In this document: positions 56,157-64,000 of the stretch, piece after piece
Position numbering within the stretch: position 1 is the stretch's first letter
Layout: each line of letters opens with the position of its first letter
Source: Flaccisagitta enflata
Lineage: Eukaryota
Direction: 5' to 3'
DNA length: 64,000 nt
Assembly: GCA_965153355.1 (NCBI GenBank)
Contig: OZ231126.1
Location: 47,554,001 to 47,618,000 of the forward strand
The notes under the pieces: model-generated
The model's input: only the letters and a program-made list of their open reading frames with translations
Told to the model about the DNA's origin: nothing
The model's database searches: none
Program-made: the position numbers and the translations under genes

Positions 56157-59100
56157 CAGGGCAGCGGTCCTTAAAGGGGATTTATTTTGTAGAACACAGA
56201 CTTTCTTCGTCTGCCTGTCCGTCGTCCACAGTCATCCCTTCTGTTAGTCCCTCACCCTCATCAGACCCTCAGACTCAATCCCTGCCTCTCAGGCCTCAAA
56301 TCCAGCCTCTCAGGCCTCAAATCCAGCCTCTCAAGCCTCAAATTTGGCCTCTCAGGCCTCAAATCTGGCCTCTCAGACCTTAAATCTGGCCTCTCAGGCC
56401 TTAAATCTGGCCTCTCAGGTCTCAAATATGGCCTCTCAGGCCTCAAATATGGCCTCTAAGGCCTAAAATCCAAATTTTCAGGCCTCAAACCTGGTCCTGT
56501 AGAACACAGGGGACTCAAATTATACTTCTCAGGCCTCAAATCAGCCATCTTAACCAATTTATTGCTCACAGGCTGCAAATCAGTCCCCTGGCCTTTCAAG
56601 CCTTAATCAGCCCCCTCAAGCTTCAAGTCAGCTCTTTCAAGCTTCCAATCGGCATTCTCAAGCCTTGAATCAGCCTTCTTAAACCTCAGTTTAGGCTCTT
56701 GAATACCTTCAGTCAGCCCTCTATAGCATCTCATCAACTTCTTCAGGTAGATGAACGGTCCCTGTGTTCTACAGGACTTGTCCTTTGTGCCGCTGCCCTT
56801 GCTTCCTTCACCCATTTCACAGTCACCCCAAAGCAGGGCAACGGGTATCATTGGACTACATATTGCCCTTGGCTACCTGTTGGGCTATCTCCCTTTCTGA
56901 GCCATTCCAGGACTCCAAATTCAGCCCTCAAATTAGCTTCTCTAGACTCTCTTGCTTGAAATCAGCTCCCAGGCCTCAACCAACCTTTTCCTTCCAGACC
57001 TCAAATCAGCCCTCAGGCCTGAATTAAGACCCCTCTGGCCTCAAATCAGCCCTTCCAGACCTCAAATCAGCTATCTCAGGCCTCAAATTGGCCTATATCT
57101 AGGCCCTCAAATTAGCCCTCCCTTAATGCAAAACCAGCCTTGCAGACCTTGACTGCTTCCCCTAGGCTAAAATCAGCCTTTTAGACCTTCCTGCACCCGT
57201 GACGACCAGAATAAACTTTTTAAAGAAGGGCCCTGGAGGGGTCAAGGATCTATGCTTTCACACATATGGGGAATTTTCCTTTCTTTCTTCTTCTTCAGTA
57301 CCCCACACCCAAACCCTCCAGGCCCATATCCCAGCCCCCAGGCCCATATCCCAGCCCCTCAGGCCCAAATCCCAGTCTTGAGGCTCAAATCCTGACTTCT
57401 GCCCAAATCCCAACCCCAAGGCCCAAACTCCCTGCCTCAAAGGATTTGGGTCTCAAGATTGATTGGGGTCTCGAGGCTAGGATATGGGCCCCAGGCTGAG
57501 ATATGGGCCTGGAGGTTGGGGAAGGGGGTACGAAGGATGTGAGAAGGAGGAGAAAATTCATATGAAAAGAAACATCAACTCCTTCGGCCGCTTGCCCTGC
57601 TCCCTCTCTCAACTACCACCGTAAATTACTTAAGCAGGGCACGGGTACCACTGACCATCTAACGCTTTTGCGACTATTCCATGTCTCAGCATAAAATGTC
57701 CCTGATATCCAATGTCCCCGACCAAAATGTCCCTTTTACAAATGTCCCTTTTACATATGTCCCTTTTAATGTCCCTTTTTTTTCAAATTGAGCCAATTTT
57801 GCCATTATCGGTTGACACTCGTCACTCGTCACCCAGCTTATGGTATATTATTGAAGAGAAGTCTGTAACTCGTCACTCGTCACTCGTCACTCGTCACTCA
57901 ATTTTTCCTTTTCAGGTTTCTTTAACCCATTCGTCACTCGTCACTTGTCACTCACTTTTTCCATATTTTTCTTCTTTTTTTGGGCAGCGGCCCCGTAGGG
58001 GACGAAGTCCTGTAGAACACAGGGGGACTTTCGTTCGTCCGTCCGTCCATTCGTTTGTCCGTCCGTGCGTCCCCCCCAGGCCCTCTCAGGTCTGAAATCT
58101 GCCTTCTTAGGCCTAAAATCTGCCCTCTCAGGCCTGAAATCTGCCCTCTCAGGCCTTGAATCTGCCCTCTCAGACATGAAATTTGCTCTTTCAGACCTGA
58201 AATTTGCCCTTTCAGACCTGTTACCTGTCCTCTCAGGCCTAAAATCTGCCCTCCCAGGCCTGAAATCTGCCCTCTCAGATTCAAGGCCTTTGAGGGCAGA
58301 TTTCAGGCCTGAGAGGGCAGATTTTAGGCCTGAGAGGGCAGATTTCAGGCCTGAGAGGGCCTGGGGGGGGGGTGGACCAATGGACGGACGGATGGACGAA
58401 CGAAAGTCCCCCTGTGTTCTACGGGACTTCGTCCCCTTTGGGGCCGCTGCCCTGCCTCTCATTCCAATTTACAACCATGCAAAGCAGGGCAACGGGTATC
58501 GCTGACCACATATTGCCCTTGGGCGACCTGTCTTTCTTTGTCACTCATCCCTCGTCACTCATCCCTCGTCACTCATTTCCCCCCCACCCCTTTTTGGGCA
58601 GTGGCCCCGAAGGGGCCGATGACCTATGCTTTCACACAGGAGAAATTTCTCCTCCTTCTTCTCCTCCTTCTTCTCCATCCACCCCCTTTGAAGCCTTGAG
58701 GCTCAAATCCCAACCTTTAGGCCTAAATCTAAGTCTCAAGGCCCAAATCCTAGCCTCGAGGCTCAAATCCCAACCTCAAGGCTCAAATCCCAACCTCAAG
58801 GCTCAAATCCCAACCTTGAGGCTCAAATCCCAGCCTAGAAGCTCAAATCCCAGCCTAGAGGCTCAAATCCCAACCTTGAGGCTCAGATCCCAAGCTCGAG
58901 GCTCAATTCCCAGCCTTGAGGCTCATATCCCAGCTTTGAGGCTCAAATCCCAGCCTCGAGGCTCAAATCCCGGCCTCAAGGCTCAGATCCCAGCCTCAAG
59001 GCTCAAATCCCAGCCTCAAGGCTCAAATCCCAGCCTTGAGGCTCAAATCCCAGCCACAAGGCTCACATCCCAACCTTGAGGCTCAAATCCTTACCTTGAT

Positions 59101-59270
59101 CAAGGCTCAAATCCCATTGTTGATGCTCACTTTCAAGCCTAGATCCTCAAAAATTACTGAGCATAGGTCATCGGCCCCTTCGGGGCCGCTGCCCCTCTCA
59201 CCATCACACATCAACATATACTCACTCAGGGGCAACGACCATCTGACCATCTGACGCTTTTGCGACTATT
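56157..59270 (+). mobile_element. Cluster of four family B elements with 20-21-bp tandem arrays
   Basis: Copies at ~56157-56885, ~57225-57680, ~57975-58531, ~58590-59270. They share GGGCAGCGGCC-type ends, GGCCTCAAATC/GGCTCAAATCC arrays and a 3' GGCAACGGGTA..CTGACCA tail. Confidence 0.7.
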
Positions 59271-60331
59271 CTGTCTGTCCGTCAGTCCGTCCGTTGGTCC
59301 ATTTTCAGCTTAAGATCAGTGGTGAGTGACTATGAGAAGATAAGAAGATAAAAAGAACAAAGAAAAGTTAGCTACAGCTCGATCCCTCACTCAATTAAAA
59401 TCTTAGTAAAAAGTTTCATCATCTCACAAAAGAAAATATTTAGCCAAACTGAAACTGAAACTGCATAGCTCGCGCTCGCGCTCGGTTCATCGATCGATAA
59501 TCGAGGCTGATGGTGAGGCAAAAGGATGACTGACGAGGCCGGTCGATGTGAGTCCAACAACGCTCAAAAGTTTTTAAAGCACGTGCTTTTCAAAATCTGG
59601 CTCTTTCTTTTATTCATTTCGATTTTCGACGTTGATGATGAAATTAAAGTTGAGGATGAGGTTGAAGATGAGGATGAGATCATGAGGACGAGCATTTCTC
59701 ACAGCCAGAGAACGACAAAGCGTGTTCAAAACTAAGTATCGAATTCGTAATATAGCAGTATACAGTTGAGCGTCATTAAAGCGCATGTCGAAGAACCTAA
59801 TATAGCTGTTCTGTTACCAATGTGATAATCGAAACATGAATGGCATACCAAAACATATGTCTTAAGATATTGCATTAGTGGCGATTGCGCCACGACGAGG
59901 CTCCACCGTACATATTATCGCAATACACTTATTTTTTTTTTTAAGAATCAAGTTTATAAGAACGTTTGGCTTCAAATTGTATCTAAAAACATTTTTTTTC
60001 TGGGCTTTTCTTAATCAATTGTTTTTTGTAAATATATATTTTCTGTTTAGCAAATCATGTCTCACTTTATATAGCGTATATTTTCCTACTTTCATTGATC
60101 TTAATTCACTTAAAAAGTTTAAATCTGCTACTTTGATGTTTCATTGAAATTTTCCTTCATTTTCTCCTTAATGACTAACTTAATATCAAGAATGTTCTTA
60201 ATTGAGGGTTAAAAAGTGTGTTTAAATTGAGAACAATTTAGGAATGTTTAAGCATTGAAACAGTCCAGAATTTAAGAACATTGAAGGCTTGCTCAAAAAC
60301 TGATGTTTTTATGTCGCATGTGATGGGACAG

Positions 60332-61458
60332 TTAGGTGCTTCACATAGCAAAAGTTTGGAGTATCCCTTCACCCTACGTGGGTAATGTGGAGGAGCAAAA
60401 ACCATGAAGATGACCATTTTCTTTTTTTCAAAATTCTTTTATCTTCCGTCTTGGTTTAGGCCCTAAAGTTCCCACAGATTTCCCAGAATTAGGCAAAATC
60501 CTTTATTTTGTTACAAAAAGGACAATTATTTGTTTTAGAAAATTATGATGTTTGTAAAAATGAAATAAAATATTAGAACATACGCTATGGAAGATCTTTT
60601 GAAAAGGCAGATTAACAATTCTGTAGAGAGTAGAAACATATGACACGGTATTTTTGAATATGAGATTTTCACTGCCACAGCCAGTTTTTCACTCAGTAGA
60701 TAAATCGATCAGACGCCTTCATTGAGCTACCCAGAACATGTGGATGTGTAGTTTGGTTGAGGATTTGCATGGAAATATCAAGGGGATGACGTTTATAGTG
60801 TAAACAGTATCGATTTGTTGGTGAAAATACCACTTTTTCTAAAGAAAATTCCCTTTTATCACAAGACAAGCCTCACAAAAAATTTTTAATTTGCATAGAA
60901 AATGACTTTTTCAAAAAACTAAAAACATGGCTCTTGCCCAAAGACACATAAGAAAAGAGCCATGTTTTTGGAAATGCAAAAAATTCCATCTGGAAGCAGA
61001 TTAAGAATTTTTCGCAGAACCTCTTGACAATTTTTATCACTCATTTTTCAGTAAATCGATTTCCTATTCCCTTTCTTTTTCCCAGTATGTTGTTCATAAA
61101 ACGTATCCCTGCCACAAATCTGGACTGAAAGAGTGCATTGATGTGATCACTGCATTTAATCAGCAGAGCAAGGCAATACTGTAAAGGAAAATCCCATAAA
61201 TAATGCTAAAATGTAACTGGCGAAAACATCCCACGATTGCGCCAAGCGTGTCATATAAAAGTTGATTCAAAAAATATCAGCATATTGTTTTATGCCACTG
61301 TATTATGCAAATTAGGTCCTCAAAAATAATTTGTTAAAAAACGGATGATGAACGATCTTTGATAAAAGAAAAATGATAAGGGTCCTAAAATTAGCCACTC
61401 CATATTAGGTAAAGAGGGTGAAAAGAAATAACCAATTTTTGCTATGTGAAACACCCGA
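60332..61458. mobile_element. Non-autonomous DNA transposon with 9-bp target duplication (Mutator- or AcademH-like)
   Basis: ATGGGACAG|TTAGGTGCTTCACATAGCAAAA...TTTTGCTATGTGAAACACCCGA|ATGGGACAG. Confidence 0.75.
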
Positions 61459-61971
61459 ATGGGACAGGGGGAGCAATTCCTAGCAGAAAGGTTTCCATTC
61501 CGACTATGTATATATCAAAAAAATAACCGACGGACCAAAGAATCGGTCACTGCTTCGTATGAAGTCGCTTACTATCTATAGAAAGCAGAAATAAAATAAA
61601 CTAATCATGTTTTAACAAACGATCACATCTCATCGTTTCAACTATCTCACGCGCTTCCAACATCTCGGAGAAACTCGATCCGCCTGTCTGTCAATCGATC
61701 TGTCGGTCGCGCGATTTCGCCAAAATGACCTTGTTTTTGTAGTAATAGTCGGATTAGTTCTCGATGGCGGACTTTCATGTCCGCATGGTGATAATGTCTT
61801 TGGCGGAATTGGATTGCGGATGATGCTGTTGAATTCGTTCGACCGTCTATATCAACTAGGAATATTCGAATCGTCGCTGTAAGTGTAAAGGTTGATTTCA
61901 CCTTGACGTTTGTCCTCCGTCTAACTCAGAATAGATAAATTAAAGCGATCAATAAAGACATATTAAAAGTG

Positions 61972-62163
61972 ATGGATTCTCCGTCTGGTGACGGGGGTTG
62001 GTCTCCGTCTGGTGACGGAGGTGGAAGGGATTCTCCAGCCTTTCCGAAGATCGAAGCTCCTCCGCTTAATCCTAACGCAAAACCTCAAAGATCTCGTCAA
62101 ACGTCGACTTCGTCTGACCCGAGACGTCGGACAGGCAGCTTCATCGTCGGAAGCGGGGATCAG
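61972..62163 (+). CDS. Probable first coding exon of an unidentified host gene
   Basis: ATG to CAG|gtatgt, 64 codons, phase 0: MDSPSGDGGWSPSGDGGGRDSP...RRRTGSFIVGSGDQ. Local GC rise. Confidence 0.5.
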
Positions 62164-63415
62164 GTATGTGTCCATTGAGTACTGCTCTAACGGTTCCTCC
62201 GATGGTAGAAAACCGCATGTAATGAAAATATTTTTTTTCAATCTATATGACTATATCTCTAATGCTTCTCCTCTCTTTCTCCGTAGTACATCGGCTAATA
62301 AGACAAATAATAGTTCCTTGGGATCAAATCAGTGAGACTTAACTGTATCGATAATTTTTGTTAAAAATATACGTCGTCTTTTTTTAGATGCGTCCGTCAG
62401 GAACGCATCTCTATTAGAAGGGGTAATTTTGGGTAATTTTGTAGATGAAGTCGCGCTTGAATTTCCCGAAAATTCCGTCTGTCCGTCCGTCCGTCCGTCC
62501 GTCCGTCCGTTACGCCTATGCAAAAACCGCGTTTCTCGGCTGTTTTTGGCCACGGTAAAATCCTACACTGAAACAAATGATCAACCAACATGTTTTTGAG
62601 AGTCTTTTCACCCGTCTGATCGTCCATCTGTCTGTCCATACATAAGTCGCATGATCGATACACGCTGAGACACAGCCCGGACGCATCGTTGCCCGGTCGG
62701 GCTTGTTTATTTGGTCATAGACTCAAAGTCATCATTTGGTATTACGCATTTGTGGATAAAAAAAACTACTGGGCCAATTGAGCCAGACTATCATAATTTT
62801 GTTCGTTCGTTTTGTCAGAATTGGTCGTTTTTTTCCTCATTGACGCATAAATATTTTCAGTAAGCCATTAACTTAAAACAATCGCCTGGAGTCATACTAG
62901 CAACAAAAACAGCATCGCAGAAAGATAAGACTTGCAAGAAATACAATCCCATTTTTTCCGTGTTTCATCAACTTGACTGTCATGTCATGCATACGTATCA
63001 ATTCATCCCCGACGAAGAACTCAGTGTAAGTACAAGCAAAAGTGATTTGATCAAATGACAAATTTTTATCGGTGGGCGTATGCCAAGTGACATACATCTC
63101 TTTCACTAACGTGATTACCAATCATAAGCGCAGTTGCCAAGTACCCCTGATTTTACCCGAGATTTTGCAGGAGAATTTATGACGCTCTCCGAGGACAATG
63201 CGATATTTCGCTTCTTCCCCTGAACTGAACAGGCTCAAGGATTCAGGAGATATCGATGAATATACAATCACATATCGTTAAAAAAAGGATCGAGCGGAAT
63301 TTCAAGAGTTTCTATTCAATCTCAGACCAGAGTGAAGCAGAACGAATCTCAAGTGATGATTTTTAAGAAAATGAAAAACCTTTACTCAATTTTTACATTG
63401 TCTGATATATCGCAG

Positions 63416-63502
63416 TTTGTGGAGATCGATGGTGACGATGACGCAGAAGTGATGCCTCTGGGATCGGCCGTGCCGACCGTCGGAAGAAGACCAAATCCGC
63501 AG
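63416..63502 (+). CDS. Probable second exon of the same gene; continues beyond the window
   Basis: cgcag|TTT...CAG|gtgatg, 29 codons, phase 0/0: FVEIDGDDDAEVMPLGSAVPTVGRRPNPQ. Confidence 0.45.
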
Positions 63503-64000
63503 GTGATGACCCGAATCAACTTGCAGGATTCTGTCTGTCTGTATCTGTCTTTTTGTTTCTATCTTTCCGTTTCTGTTTGACTGTCTGTGTCCTTCTCTTT
63601 ACCAATAAAGGCGCTCTCGCCGACTGGAAAAAAGTCGTAAATGAGTCTCTTTTTTTTTTAGTGCATGTGTTTCTGTGAGTGCACTACGTACCTAGGAAAG
63701 AATTATAGCACTGAAATAAGTTTCAGCCCGTTACTGGACTGTATAAGTACAAGAAAAGGTTTCCAGGCGTCTTGATATTTTTGTGTGTCATCTCTCCTGT
63801 CCAGTACCTACTTGCACTCATAGCGGCAGCAATCGTTTTTAGACTTTCACTGTCAAATGGCCTGACATGTTCCAGTGCATTCAGCGTGGTTCTCTGAATA
63901 AGTCAATCTGAGGAGCGCATTACAGTCCATGTTTATGAGGTCTTTATGAGCTCATTTTGAGCTAGAAAAAGTCCCTTTGAAGTAAGTGAATGTAGTTTTG

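Noticed and set aside
58690-59115. CRISPR-like regular repeats
   Set aside because: Head-to-tail units with no unique spacers, no cas genes, eukaryotic context.
59526-59735. 69-aa ORF with hydrophobic and acidic stretches
   Set aside because: No recognisable motif or convincing splice link; may be 5' UTR of the downstream gene.

Overview
Repeat-dense animal (invertebrate-like) genomic DNA with very long microsatellites and many nested non-autonomous transposons. Contents: (1) A three-exon + strand host gene, join(1880..2522,11106..11417,11586..13357), 908 aa. It resembles TBK1/IKK-epsilon adaptors (AZI2/NAP1, TBKBP1, spindle-F): N-terminal coiled coil, poly-Q tracts and a C-terminal UBZ1-type zinc finger. 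(2) A seven-exon - strand gene (about 26941..35130) that appears only after manual splicing. It encodes a Sola-like DDD transposase with an AT-hook and a C-terminal PWWP-like domain, and carries an internal 1.35-kb duplication with a templated junction insert. (3) An apparently full-length ~9.4-kb Jockey/I-type LINE on the - strand, sitting between two (GA)n tracts. It has gag-like ORF1, APE-RT ORF2 and two extra downstream ORFs that share an 11-nt leader motif. (4) A decayed AcademX-type transposon with three MITE insertions. (5) A C-type lectin pseudo-exon, the first exons of an unidentified + strand gene, a ~162-bp satellite, and several Helentron/HINE-like and MITE families. All family assignments come from motifs read by eye, not database searches.
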